This document shows, piece by piece, positions 1 through 12,975 of a stretch of DNA of 64,000 nt. The notes below the pieces were generated by a model that made no database searches, was not told the DNA's origin, and worked only from the letters and a program-made list of their open reading frames with translations. Location of the stretch: NCBI GenBank assembly GCA_010909165.1, contig MU008155.1, positions 1,488,001 to 1,552,000 on the forward strand. The letters are read 5' to 3'. The position numbers and the translations under genes are program-made. This DNA comes from Anthoceros angustus (Eukaryota > Plantae > Anthocerotophyta). How positions within the stretch are numbered: the stretch's first letter is position 1; each line of letters starts with the position of its first letter.

Positions 1-578
1 CGGCCGAGGCGAATCCGGAAGGCGAATCGCCCAAGCACCGATCCTTCCGATCCTCTTTCCAACCGCCACTGTGTGTTCATTCCATGAGGAGGGGTCTGGC
101 CCAAGGAGGGGTCTGTGGCCCAAGGGAAAAGGGGTCTGTGGCCCGTGAGACGAGGGAAGAGTTCATTGGGAAGGGAAAGGTTCCGGAGTAGTTGTGCTGA
201 GGGATTGTGAGAGTGTGTGAGGGAAAATCGGAAGCGTGAGGAGGAGGAAGTGTGGTAATCGCAGAAATTCGAAGTAAGGTGAGGCGATATAGGTATCCGT
301 CCATAGCCCCTAGGTCCGTGTTAGAGAAGCCGGTGACGAATAGACTCGCGAAGGCGGCGTGTGGTGGGACCCGCCAGGCCGAACTGCCACCGCGGCCGAG
401 TCTACCACTGGTGGGTTTGGGTAGTTGGAGAAGGTAGTGAGCGGCAGGTAGGTCTAGAATCCATAGATTTAGCACACCTTGACACAACACCATTCCCTTG
501 GGATCGAATCCTAGGACTATAACGACATAGAGGGTAAATGTGGCCTCTTTGCGTCTTGGATGCAAAACCCATTCCACA
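1..578 (+). repeat. LTR1 (partial), ends ...ATTCCACA
   Basis: Near-identical to the 3' parts of 9178-10035 and 10914-11774. Contains short GGGTCTGTGGCCCAAGG tandem units. Confidence 0.9.
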
Positions 579-580
579 TT

Positions 581-595
581 TTGGCCGCTGGGAAT
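581..595 (+). promoter_or_regulatory. Primer-binding site (TGGCGCTGTCGGGAA type; cleaner copies at about 10039 and 11778)
   Basis: Follows each LTR end CCACA after TTT and resembles Athila/Tat-type PBS. Confidence 0.7.
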
Positions 596-978
596 GAAAC
601 ATCAAGGTTATAGGGGACTAACCATAGCTTAGGTGTCTAGTTTTGGAGTGTATCTAGTTAGGTAGATGGATGCCACGGTTGAGTCGAGGGTTCGAGTCAA
701 GTCGGGACGGAAGGCCACACGAGAAGCGACAACGCCAAGCAATCGGAAAGGTTAAAAGGGTTGCAAAACCGCGAGTTGAGGAGGTCCAGGAAGACGCACC
801 TGGAAGGAGAAGGAGGTAAGGAAGCAACTGTGACGGGGTCCGATCTTGTTGGAGCAAGATCCCCAACCTCGGACTTGGACGAGGTACCACCGCCAAGGAA
901 CCTCGGACCAATTCCATCCACTGACCTCTCTTCCAAAAGTGTGCAGACTGTTGGAGATCAATCGACTCCGCAGAACCG

Positions 979-1600
979 TTGTTGGACCAACCACCGCCGA
1001 ATCAGAACGATGACCACCACCACGCCGTGGTGGTCACCACCAAGCAACCTTATCCAGTATGGAGAGGGAAGGGTATGAAGACCGATGAATTTGTTGAGCG
1101 TTTTGAGCACCATTTGCAAAACCAGAAGCGGAGATGCACAAGATTCAGATTGTTCTATGGAGTTCTTGGGGTCCAAAAGTGGTATAGGCGCTACCTCAAG
1201 TCACCACACCTCCAAAGAACCTATGAAGAATTAAAACCGCCTGTGAAAGGTTCGGGGCTTGACGTGGAGGGATACGTGTTGTCCAAGCTTGAAAAGCAGA
1301 GGAAAGAAGGAAACCTTGCAGCGTATGTGGAGAGGTTTCACCACGCGATCAAGTGGCCCTCACTCGAGTTGCACACGGTGGTTCGCTAAAGGCCTGGGTT
1401 CTAAGATGGGGAGACACGTAAGGTTACAAGCGGAGAAGAATTTGGGCAAGGCTATCAAGGCGCTAAACTATGAGGAATCCAACCCGCAAGGGAGGAGGAA
1501 GGCTAAGAAGGAGAAGAAGAAGCCCAGATCGGAAAAAGAAGGATTCCTCATCCTCCTAAGGAAGTTCATCGTGAAGAAAGCTCCACGAAGATTCCATGAA
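979..1600 (+). pseudogene. gag: Gypsy gag (frameshifted)
   Basis: DEFVERFEHH...KWYRRYLK...YVERF...WFAKGL retrotransposon gag pattern across ORFs 979-1389 and 1259-1609. Confidence 0.75.
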
Positions 1601-3039
1601 AGTTCCTGAGGAGGAAACGAGTGATGCTCGGAGGAAGGCCATCGATGAGGAGCGCCAAATGGAAAAAGAAAATGAAGGGTCGTGCACGGACAACAAGGAG
1701 CGGGCAAGGGCAAAACAGAGGCGATGTACGCAAAAAGGACGCGAAGCGAGGAGGGAGGCCGAGGTAGCCAAGAAAGTAGAACAACAGGGAACAAGATGGA
1801 GGAGATGATGGCAAAATTCGAGAAATTCCATCTTAATGCGGTCAAGGAACATGAGAGGCGGAGAGTCACACGAACCCACGAGCCAACCTCTTCTGCTCAA
1901 CGTGGGCAGGACACTCCAAAGCTAATTGTCCGACGACAAGGGTACACCGGGATATGAGGAAGAGGAGGAAGAGGGTCCGTGGAAGATACATACCGATCCG
2001 TGAGGTTCACCAACCCAAGTGTACCCAAAAGACCATGTACCCGCCAACCTACGTAATTCCACGGGGTAGGCGTCAGAATCACCGGGTAACAATCCAATGG
2101 GCACCGTCTTGTGCTATAAACGCAACCTTGACACTATGCGCACTGCCCTTATCCAACTCCAAGGCAATGGAGATTTTGATAAACTATGTCAAGATTGAGC
2201 AGCAGGGCATTTGGTGAAGTGTGCTCGCCAAAGCCCCAAAAGACGGTGAGGATCGCGCACCACCCGGAGTTCAACAGCCAAACCCAAGTCCGTCCGCCAT
2301 GCATGTTGAGGACGCACTTATGGCGGTATGGGAGGATGCCGAGATTGGAACCCCGAGGAGCTTGGAGGGATTAGACGAGGAAGCGATTATTATGGGGAAG
2401 CCTCCGCCATGGTCGTTAGAACAAGGAGCACAAAAGCAAAAGAGAGGCGACGGGGAAAAAGAAGAAAGGAGGCGGATACGACCACGGGATCGGATGAGGG
2501 AGAGAGTGTCGCCACCACTGGGAAATACCAACACCGGAACGTTGGCCAAAGACGAAAAAACAAGTCCCGCAGGGCTGGATGGACCATATGTGCAAAAGAG
2601 TGATGAGACTGAGTTCCGTTCCAAGGAAAGGTGAATGAAGGGTCCGAGGTCAGAAGGGGTGGAACCCACCGATTTCGAGAGTTACCGAACCGAGTTAGGG
2701 TTTCCACCGGACGACGGGCGAAGTCATGGATATGATACAAGAAGAATTGGCAAGGAGGCTACGGGGAAAAGGCGGGGTGTCGATTTCCACCACCCTGTGG
2801 GAGTCCACCACCCCACCGGAAGGGCCACCGCATCCAAGTCATGACGAACCGGGAACCCACACCAACCAAACTCGGATGGAAGGTCGGGCCACCGCTTCTT
2901 TCAATCTCGCCGAGGCCATCATGGACCAACATTTCATGATCACATTCGACAACTCCTCCGAGACAATCCATATAGGCAATGATCGAGGGCGTTAAAAGAG
3001 GCGCAACCCAAAAGAGGCGCAATGTTCCTATACCTGGCC

Positions 3040-6000
3040 GCTCATGTGAACTTGGTATCCATGGTGGATCAAGGCCCACCAACCTGTGGAAATTTCGGAT
3101 GTGTCATCAAAGGAGTGCCTCTCGACACGGGTGTGTAAATATTATGTAAGACACGGCTAGGAAATTGGGCTTGGATATTGAACATACTACCAAGGTTTTG
3201 AGGCTAGCCGACATGTCCGTAATGGTGCCGGTGGGGAACCGACAGGTGCTAACGACCATTGGAACCATCCCTACTTGATGGATTATGTAGTCATCCAAAA
3301 ATCGCTGTGGCACGACGCCCTAATTGGCCGAACATGGATGTACGCAATGCACGCCAAGTGGGGAAGGAAGTCGGTTTTAAACCGTTGGAATGGGATCCCA
3401 AGACCAAGGAGGGAAGGATGTGCCTATCGTGGAGTAAGGACATGTATGCAGTGAAACTCCAATCAAATGAAGGGTACACCTCGGAGGACACGTCCGGGAG
3501 ATGCAAGAGGAAGATAGGTTCCGTCGCACATCTCATGGTCTCGATGAGGAGCGGACTACCGCAGAGATATCCCATATACAATTAACCCGAGGATTACGGG
3601 TAACCGCCGAATGCTCCGGAAGGGGTCCGGTGGATTCAAGCAGTGGAGAAAGCGGAGGAGGCGCCACGCAGCTTCACGCCGGAGGATTTGTTTAGGGAAT
3701 GGGGCATGAGAGAAGAGGAACCGCGGAGCCGTAAGAAGGATTCGGGTTAGCACCGCACGAGAGCGAGTGGTACAGCCGATGAAGTCAAGGACGTTGAGGT
3801 TCTTCCGAAGGTGCTCAAATTCTCCGTAACAATGGATGCGGCGTTGGAGGAAGGAATGAAGCAAGCTGCGTAATTCATCGATGTTTTCGCCGAGGTAACA
3901 GACATGAAGGGATCCCCAAAGAATGGCGAGCATAGGATTGACTCGAACCGTGAGCAATCCGAAGGATTCCAAGACAAGTTAAATCCAAGTACTCCTCAAG
4001 GTAAAGGATCGCTTGGAGATGTACCTCAAGGCGACGTGATCTATCCTATAGTCAATACCGAATGGGTGGCTCCAATAGTGGTAGTACCTAAGAGGCGCAA
4101 AATCCGAGTTTGTCGATCGGAGAAGGTTGAATAAGGTCACCAAGAAGGATCACTTTCTACCCTTCATCGATAATATCCTCGGATCCGTCGCAGTGTAATG
4201 GCGATTCATTCCTAGACGGTACTGGGTATAATCACCGCACCTTAGGGAGAGCGATTGGCCTCGACCGCTTTTACAACCGATCGGGGACATATGCTTACAA
4301 GCGCGCGCATTTGGGTTGACGGAGCACTGGGTCCTTCATGCGAGCCATCACAAAATTTTCAAGGACTTCCTCGCGACTTTATGGAAGTTTTCCGACGACG
4401 ATTCGGGCCGCCAAGGACCATCCGCCGCACCGGCGCTCGGAGCGCCGAGCAACGCAATTATGCCCGCATCCGTAAAAGTGCTACTGCATGTCGAGGGAAT
4501 TCGGGGCATCAATTTCAAGCCGAGGTATAGAAGTAGATCCGGACAAGGTAAAGGTCATCGCCACCCTTAGAGCACCAATAACGCTAAAGGAACTCCGCGG
4601 GTTCCCGGGATGGTACATTATAGACGCTTGCTCCAAATTTCGCCAAGCGGCTGCCCCACTAACGAGCTTGTTAAGGAAGGATCGTGAGGAGTGGACGACG
4701 CAACGGGAGGAAGCATTTCGTGACTTACGCACCACATCGCTACAGCCCCACGCTAAAAGGACCGGATCGAGTAAGAAGTTCCACGCTGCTGATGTTTCAA
4801 AGATTTGCAATTGGGTCACCCCACGGATGAGAAGAAGAAGGATTTTCCGATCTACTATGCCGAGACAACTAACGGACGCGAGCGAAAGTATACCACCACG
4901 GAGCGCCAAGCAGGAATGGTTTACTCGGTCGAAATTCGACACTACCTCTCGTATGAATTTGTGTTCCATGTTGACCACTTTGCCTTGAAACACCTTGTGA
5001 ATAAACCCGACCTTTCGGACGATAGCACTGGATCTTGCCTGTGAGTTTACCTTCACAAAGGGAAACGAGAGAGGTAGGAAGCATATCAATGCCGACTTCA
5101 TATCTCGATTGAAAACAGGAAGGTGGAAGACCAGAAGACGACTTTCCCGATGAGACACGCTCGCAGGAGTTGCAAACCAACGAGTGAAGCCCGGTTCGGA
5201 AGGAGGGAGCCAAGATCGATTGAGAAGGGAGGGTGGCTTAAGACCAACATATCGAGATATACGATTATCTTGGCAGGCCAAATTCCTCCACATCTATCCA
5301 AGACATGATTCAAAGCGTTGTCCACTACTGCACTATCATTCACGGCACAATATGAATTTATACCGAGTCATCCGGACGGCAGGGAGCGGTTATGGTACGC
5401 ATCAAGGTGTGAGCGAGTCCCGAGCTCTTTACACGAAGAAGAGGCGGAGGTCATTATGCCGCATGTCACATGCGTGAAAATTTTGAGGTCGGCTATTGGT
5501 GGCCTACAATGTACAAGGATGCCGTGGAGTTCGTGAAGCGCGTGACGCTTGCCAAAGGGTCGGCAAGCCAACAGAACAACCCAATGGCCCCTTGTCCCCA
5601 TACTTGCACCGCACCATTCGAGAAATGGGGAATCGATTTTGTCGGTCCTATCCACCCCAAAACCAAGGCTCGCCAAAACCAATACATCCCGTGGCCACAG
5701 ACATCAGACGCGGATGGTAGAAGCACTGCACGCCAGATTCGCGACGTCAGCGATTCTGCTCGAGCAAATCATCACCGATATGGTCACTACCGGAGCCGGT
5801 CGATGAGGAACACATTTCGTCAATCGTAATTCCAACATGACCAACCACTTCAACGCCGCTGTGAAAGTCCACGCCTTATAACCCAAAAGCCAATGGGTCA
5901 CGGAAATGGCTTGTTGTGCAAGATCCTAACCAAACTCACCGCACTATGCGTATGATCGATATGAAACCGCATTCAAGACGGGCGACTGACCGCATGGAAA

Positions 6001-6440
6001 GTGACAACGCAGAAACCCGTATTATCTTACTTACGGCATTCATCATATGCCAATAGAATTCAAGTTCCACCACGAGAATACAGGAACCAAGTCGAATGCC
6101 GTGGAGGAAAGTCTTGGAAAGGTTGGTGGGTTTCAGACGACACACGGAGGAGAGAACAAGCCTCCAAGTTATGCGGATGTCCAAAGAAAGGAGGAAGGAG
6201 TGGCACGACAAGAGATTGAAGGCCAAGAATACGTTGTTCCCGGGATCCGCTTTACTATATGATAACCGATACATGCATTTTCCGTAAATTACATCTCGAT
6301 GGATGGGGCCCTTCGAGTTTGAAGTTTTCGACAACGGATCAATTCAACTCCAAGATTTTAGTGGCTCACCTTGCCAACGCCACAACGGTTGGCGGGTCAA
6401 GAAATATTACCAATAAGTTGGCGAGGACGCCAACAAATGA
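3040..6440 (+). pseudogene. pol: Gypsy pol (protease-RT-RNase H-integrase), heavily frameshifted
   Basis: Fragments ALIGRTW (protease), EWVAPIVVVPK (RT), GIEVDPDKVKVI, PIYYA (RNase H), GYWWPTMYKDA and PFEKWGIDFVGPI (integrase). Confidence 0.9.
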
Positions 6441-9177
6441 GAAGGGAGTATGTGGAAGACCACATGTGCACTAACCCCGCCTCAAGTGTCGGTGAACGAT
6501 TTTTTTTGTTTTGGGTGTGTTAGAATAGCAGAGTGCTTTGAGAATCGTCGAGTGTCTTTTATACGGAATGGTCCTTGGCCCTTGGAGATAATAATAATTT
6601 TTCGACCCTTAGGTTTGACCCGGAGGTGGGGTAGAAATAGAGTCCTTGGGTATTGGGAATTTTAGAATAAAAGGTGTCTATATATGCTAGGGATGCTCAC
6701 AATATGCCAGCCAGTAGTCAAGTGGGGTGGTGGCTAGTTCCACCACGGTAGAAACGGACGCATGCACTGTGGGAATTTACAACCCTAGTGGCGGACTACC
6801 ACCATACCGGAGAATCGAGGCACACCCAAAGATCACGAGGTCGCGACTTTCCGTGAGGGGCAATGGAGCGAGCGCGCAGCAAGAGGGCGCGATTTATCGT
6901 GACAGAAGGGCGCGCGGAGGAGAGAAATCGCCGCAAGTTCGCGAGGAGGCGTGGAAGGAGCGCGAGGGCGGCTCGATTTTTTTTCTCTTCCGACCGTAAC
7001 TGCAGGGTAGTCGAGGTTTTGTTTTGGGAAACAACGAGAGAAGGAGATGGCGCCCGAGCCGCGCCGAAATCTCACGCAGCGGGCCCAACATGGACCATCG
7101 GAAAGTGAGAGCCGTGCGTGTGGAGCCGGGTCAAGTTCATGGAGAAGAAATGGTGCTACGACATGCATTGGTGCAAGAGTGCGCCCGCAATTAAGGACCA
7201 AGTCGCAAGAGGGTGACGCGAGGAAAAGGCCGCAACTGGATTTGGCCTCTTCGAGCAAAGGTATGGGCGAAGCATCGAGGATGGGAGCTTGGTGATTGAC
7301 CCCAGTGAAGACCTTGAAAGCAGCGCCGCTCATGAAGCCTGGGAAGTGAGAGTGAACAATGGTGGGTGACTCGCCAACTCGTGTCTGCACAGGTGGGATT
7401 GGCCAAATGGATTTTGTGTTTCCTACGTAACCTAAGTCGGATCATATGGCGGATCACTTCTTGGTTTTTCTTCACGAGGTGGTCAAGGGTACACAAATTG
7501 ATTGGGGAGGATGATTTTAAAAGAGCCTGTGAGGAGAAGGCGAATTTACTCTTCCTCGGCCCTCCTTGATTTCGCCTTTTCCGATTCATGTATTTGCGCA
7601 TTCCGTGTTTAACGAGTTGAAGTCGGTCCGCCCCGCATGGTTGGAAGCCGGTCGGGGAACTCAAGGTAGAAGAGGAGGAATTGAAGGAGGATTCGCAAGG
7701 ATTCCAGCTTGGGAGTGCGCTCGAAGGTTCTAAGAGGGTGGGGAAGTTTCCAAGGGTAAGAAGCCAACGACGGCCTAACGGGGTCAAAAGGGGAGGGCAG
7801 AAGAGAGGAGGAACCCACACACACCTGTGGTCACCAGTCAAGACAGCAGAACGGGGTAAAGGAGGAGAAAATAAAGGGAAATGGCAAGTTGCTCCCTCCT
7901 GTGTGGGGATGAATCGCCGCTAGGGGAGAATGAAGCGGGAAGAGGCAAGGCGCACCAACCCCTAGGAGAGGAGGGGTTAACTTCACGAGACCGCAACGAG
8001 CTCCGGACATTTTGGCGACATTTCACCGAACCGTCCTACCGAGGTGGGGATAGGAGACACCGACACGAGAATTGTTGTGGAGGCGGATGGGCAAGGGACA
8101 GCCCAATTTGGGGATTTGCGGTTTGACTTCGCCATGGCATGAGCAGCGGATCTCCTCGATCACCCATGGCTCTCACTGGCCGAGTGTGCAAGGCCAGGAG
8201 AAGTTGCTCAAGGAGAAGTTGGAAAGCCCGAAGGCGAGAGCAAGGCCGAGGAGCGCAGACGGAGTGCGGCGGCCTTATGCAAGGCACAGTTAAGGACATG
8301 TCCACAAGAGCTTTAGTAAATCAGTCAAGGGGCGATGCTACAATTGAAGAGCTTCAAGATGAGGTCTCGAGTCCAGGAGGCGGTGGGCGATGGCGCCTTG
8401 GAGAAATTCAAGAAGTCATGAGAGGTACAAGCGGAAGAGACGGGTTAGCCGAGTCAAGAGAGAGGTGGCCAAACCAAGAAAGGCCGAGCAATGCCCACCG
8501 CAGAGCCAAACAACCACCGTGGAAGAACCACCACGGTGGCTAAACCAGCCACCGTGGAACGGGAACCGAGGTGGGGAAGTCACCGGCAGAGTGTCGCAGA
8601 TGGAGGATGATCTCGGAGAATCAACAGCACCGCCTGTGATTGTCCACGGAGGAGAGGTAAGGACCTCAGATAAGGGCGACAGTTACGGCCCGGATGAGGA
8701 TGCTCATGTCCCTCGCCGCATGGTGAGCGGTGCTCACTCTAAAGCGTGTATGTGGTTGTTGGGACAGAGGGGCGTAAACCATCGGGTCAGACATCTTGAC
8801 CGCCACAGTGCTACTGGTTCCTTCGAGTAGGAGGCGCCTATCCTCCGCAAGTGGTGCCGGAAGAGATGAGCGAGGCGCAGCGAGCATGGAGGGAGGAGCA
8901 CATTTATGGTTGTCCGAGGAGGAGCGGACAATGGACATAGAGGTCACAGGCAACGTCCGGGAAGGCGCGAGGGAAATTCAAAGGAGAGTGAGGTGGAGGT
9001 TGTGGGGAAAATCGCTCGGATCAGGCGAGGTCAAGAGCGAGAGGGGTCCCCATGGGCCGAGGGGCGAGGCAATCGCGGAGGCGCTGATTTTAGGGGAGTC
9101 GCGATAGCCTAGGACCGGGTTTTTCGGAGGATAGGGAGTTCCATCACCGAGAGCGTGTTGCTTAGATTGGGGGGCGC

Positions 9178-10035
9178 CGTGGTAGGAGCTACAATTTTAG
9201 ACACTAAAGAGAAGTGAGCCGGGACCACGCCGGATGTATAAGAGACCCTTTGGGTGTCTCTCAAGGCGACGATTTCGGTGTGAACTTCCGTATCGAACCG
9301 CCGAGTGGGGTTGATTGGAGACGCCCGTCAAGATCAAACGGGTTCGCGACCGCCTTCGTCACAAGAAGGCCGGAAGATCTCGGATGGTCGAGGCGGAGTG
9401 GCCAAGCTCCACGCCTGGGTAACGGAAGGTAGCGCGGCACGAAAGAGGTAGGAGCGGACGGCCGAGGCGAATCGCCGGAAGGCGAATCGCCAAGCACCGA
9501 CCGGGTTTTTCCCCGATCCTCTTTCCAACCGCCGCCACTGTGTGTTCATTCCATGAGGAGGGGTCTGTGGCCCAAGGAGGGGTCTGTGTGGCCCAAGGAG
9601 GGGTCTGTGAGACGAGGGAGAGAGTTCATTGGGAAGGGAAAGGTTCCTGAGGGGGTAGTTGTGCGCCGAGGGATTGTGAGAGTGTGAGGGAAAATCGGAA
9701 TGGAGGAGGAGTGCGTGGTGAATCGCAGAAATTCCGTAAGTAAGTGAGGCGATATAGGTGTCCGTATGCCCATAGCCCCTAGGTCCGTGTTAGAGGTGAT
9801 AAGACTCGGAAGGCGGCGGCTGTAGGGCCACGGAGAACTGCCACCGGTGGCCGAGTCTACCACTGGGTGGGGTGGTAGGGAGAAGGTGGGGTAGTGAGCG
9901 ACGGGTAGGTCTAGAATCCATAGATTTAGCACACCTTGACACAACACCATTCCCTTGGGATCGAATCCTAGGACTATAACGACATAGAGGGTAAATGTGG
10001 CCTCTTTGCGTCTTGGATGCAAAACCCATTCCACA
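9178..10035 (+). repeat. LTR2 (about 858 bp), shared between units 1 and 2
   Basis: Starts after a G-run, ends CCACA before the PBS, and matches LTR3. Start position is approximate. Confidence 0.88.
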
Positions 10036-10913
10036 TTTTGGCGCTGTCGGGAATGAAATCAAGGTTATAGGGGACTAACCATAGCTTAGGTGTCTAGTTT
10101 TGGAGTGTATCTAGTTAGGTAGATGGATGCCACGGGTTGAGCCGGTTCTGTGAGTCAAGTCGGGACGGAAGGCCACACGAGAAGCGACAACGCCAAGCAA
10201 TCGGAAAGGTTGAAAAGGGTTGCAAACCGCGAGTTGAGGAGGATCCAAAGACACACGCTGGGAGGAGAAGGGAAGCAACCACCACGGTGGCTAAACCAGC
10301 CCGTCGTGGAGCGGGGCGAGGTGGGGAAGTCACCGGCAGAGTGTCGCAGATGGAGGGATGATCCCCGGAGAATCAAGCGGCCCAGATTGTCCACGGGAGG
10401 AGAGGTAAGGACCTCTATCGGCGTATTGTGCTAGCGTCCGGATGAGGATGCTCATGTCCACACGCACGCATGGTGAGCGTGCTCACTCTAAAGCGTGTAT
10501 GTGGTTGTTGGGACGGAGGCGAAACTGGACATCTTGACCGCCACAGGCGTTTACGATGGTTCCTTCGAGTAGCGGGCGCCTATCCTCCGCAAGTGGTCTT
10601 TGGAAGAGATGAGAGCGAGGCGAGCATGGAGGAGCACGGTATGGTTGTCCGAGGAGGAGCGGGACAATGGACATAGAGGTCACAGGCGCAACGTCCGGGA
10701 AGGCGCGAGGGAAACTCGAGAGTGAGGTGGAGGTTGTGGGGAAAATCGCTCGGATCGAGGCGGGCGAGAGGGGTCCCCATGGGCCGTGGGCGAGGCAGCA
10801 ATCAGCGGAGGCGCTGATTTTAGGGGAGTCGCGATAGCCTAGGACCGGGTTTCCTTTTGTGAGGATAGGGAGTTCCATCACCGTAGGCATGTTGCTTAGA
10901 TTGGTAAGGCGCT
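10036..10913 (+). mobile_element. Internally deleted Gypsy unit between LTR2 and LTR3
   Basis: 10036-10280 matches the 5' leader (about 580-820). 10281-10913 matches about 8530-9177. Confidence 0.88.
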
Positions 10914-11774
10914 CGTGGTAGGAGCTACAATTTTAGACACTAAAGAGAAGTGAGCTGTGTTGGACCACAGCCAGATGTATAAGAGACCCTCTGGGTGTCT
11001 CTCAAGGCAGACGATTTCAGGTGTGAACTTCCGTGTATCGAACCGCCGAGTGGGGTTGATTGGAGACGCCCGTCAAGATCAAACGGGGTTGGGCGTCTTC
11101 GTCACAAGAAGGGGAAGATCTCGGATGGTCGAGAGCGGAGTGGCCAAGCTCCACGCTGGGGAGTAGCGGAAGGTGGCCGAAAGAGGTAGGACCGGCCGGA
11201 GGCTGAAGGCGAATCGCCCAAGCCGGGTTTTCTTCCGATCCTCTTTCCAACCGCTACTGTGTGTTCATTCCATGAGAGAGGGGTCTGTGGCCCAAGGAGG
11301 TCTGTGTGGCCCAAGGGAAAAGGTCTGTGGCCCGTGAGACGAGGAGAGTTCATTGGGAAGGGAAAGGTTCCGGAGGTAGTTGTGTGCTGGGAGGGATTGT
11401 GAGGTGTGAGGGAAAATCGGAAACGTGAGGAGGAGTGGGCGTGTGGTGGATCGAAATTCCAGTAAGGTGAGGCGTATATAGGTGTCCGTATGCCCATAGC
11501 CCCTAGGTCCGTGTTAGAAGCCGGTGACGATAGACTCCAGGCGGCCGGGTGGTGGGACCCCGCCACGGTGCGAACTGCCACCGGTGGCCGAGTCTACCAG
11601 TGGTGGGTTTGGGCGGGTAGCGGAGAAGGTGGGGTAGTGAGCGCGGGGGTCTAGAATCCATAGATTTAGCACACCTTGACACAACACCATTCCTTGGGAT
11701 CGAATCCTAGGACTATAACGACATAGAGGGTAAATGTGGCCTCTTTGCGTCTTGGATGCAAAACCCATTCCACA
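10914..11774 (+). repeat. LTR3 (about 861 bp)
   Basis: Copy of LTR2, followed by the PBS. Confidence 0.88.
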
Positions 11775-12975
11775 TTTTGGCGCTGTCGGGAATGAAATCA
11801 AGGTTATAGGGGACTAACCATAGCTTAGGTGTCTAGTTTTGGAGTGTATCTAGTTAGGTAGATGGATGCCACGGTTGAGCCGGTTCTGTGAGTCAAGTCG
11901 GGACGGAAGGCCACACGAGAAGCGACAACGCCAAGCAATCGGAAAGGTTGAAAAGGGTTGCAAACCGCGAGTTGAGGAGGATCCAAAGACACACGCTGGG
12001 AGGAGAAGGGAAGCAACCAGGGACGGGGTCCGATCTTGTTGGAGCAAGATCCCCAACCTCGGACTTGGACGAGGTACCACCGCCAAGGAACCTCGGACCA
12101 ATTCCATCCACGACCTCTCTTCCAAAAGTGTGCGCACTGGAGATCAATCGACTCGCAGGAACCGTTGTTGGACCAACCGCCGAATCAAGAACGATAGTCA
12201 TGACCACCACCACGGTGGTGGTCACCACCAAGCAACCTTATCCAGATGGAGAGGGAAGGGTATGAAGACCCGATGAATTTGTTGAGCGCTTTGAGCAATG
12301 ACATTTGCAAAACCAGAAGCGGAGATGCACAACAGATTCACTCTATGGAGTTCTTGGGGGTCCAAATAAGTGGTATAGGCGAATACCTCAAGTCGCCACA
12401 CCTCCAAAGAACCTATGAAGAGTTAAAACCGCCTGTGAGAGGTCTGTGGGCTTGACGGAGGGATACGTGTTGTCCAAGCTTGAAAAGTGCAGAGAGGAAA
12501 GAAGGAAACCTTGCAGCGTATGTGGAGAGGCCACCACGCGATCAAGTGGCCCTCACTGAGTTGCGTAACACGGTGGTTCGCTAAAGGCCCTGGGTTCTAA
12601 GATGGGGAGACACGTAAGGTTACAAGCGGAGAAGAATTTGGGCAAGGCTATCAAGGCGGCGCTAAACTATGAGGAATCCAACCCGCAAGGGAGGAGGAAG
12701 GCTAAGAAGGAGAAGAAGAAGCCCAGATCGAAAAAAGAAGGATCCTCATCCTCCTCGGAAGAAAGTTCATCGTGAAGAGAGCTCCATGAAGATTCTGAAA
12801 GTTCCTCGGAGGAGGAAACGAGTGATGCGAGGAAGCGCCATCGATGAGGAGCGCGCCAAATGGAAAAAGAAAATGAAGGGTCGTGGCACGGACAACAAGG
12901 AGCTGGCAAGGCAAACAGAGGCGGTACGCGAAAAGGACGCGAAAAGCGAGGAGGAGGCCGAGGTAGCGCTGAAAG
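11775..12975 (+). mobile_element. Third Gypsy unit: leader and gag, truncated
   Basis: Matches about 580-1780 and stops abruptly at the Copia junction. Confidence 0.88.

Larger units (their letters stand above)
1..10035 (+). mobile_element. Ty3-gypsy LTR retrotransposon, non-chromovirus (Athila/Tat-like); 5' LTR cut by window edge
   Basis: LTR sequence at 1-578 recurs at 9178-10035. Internal order is gag, protease, RT, RNase H, integrase, then a long 3' region. PBS is TGGCGC-type. Confidence 0.92.
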
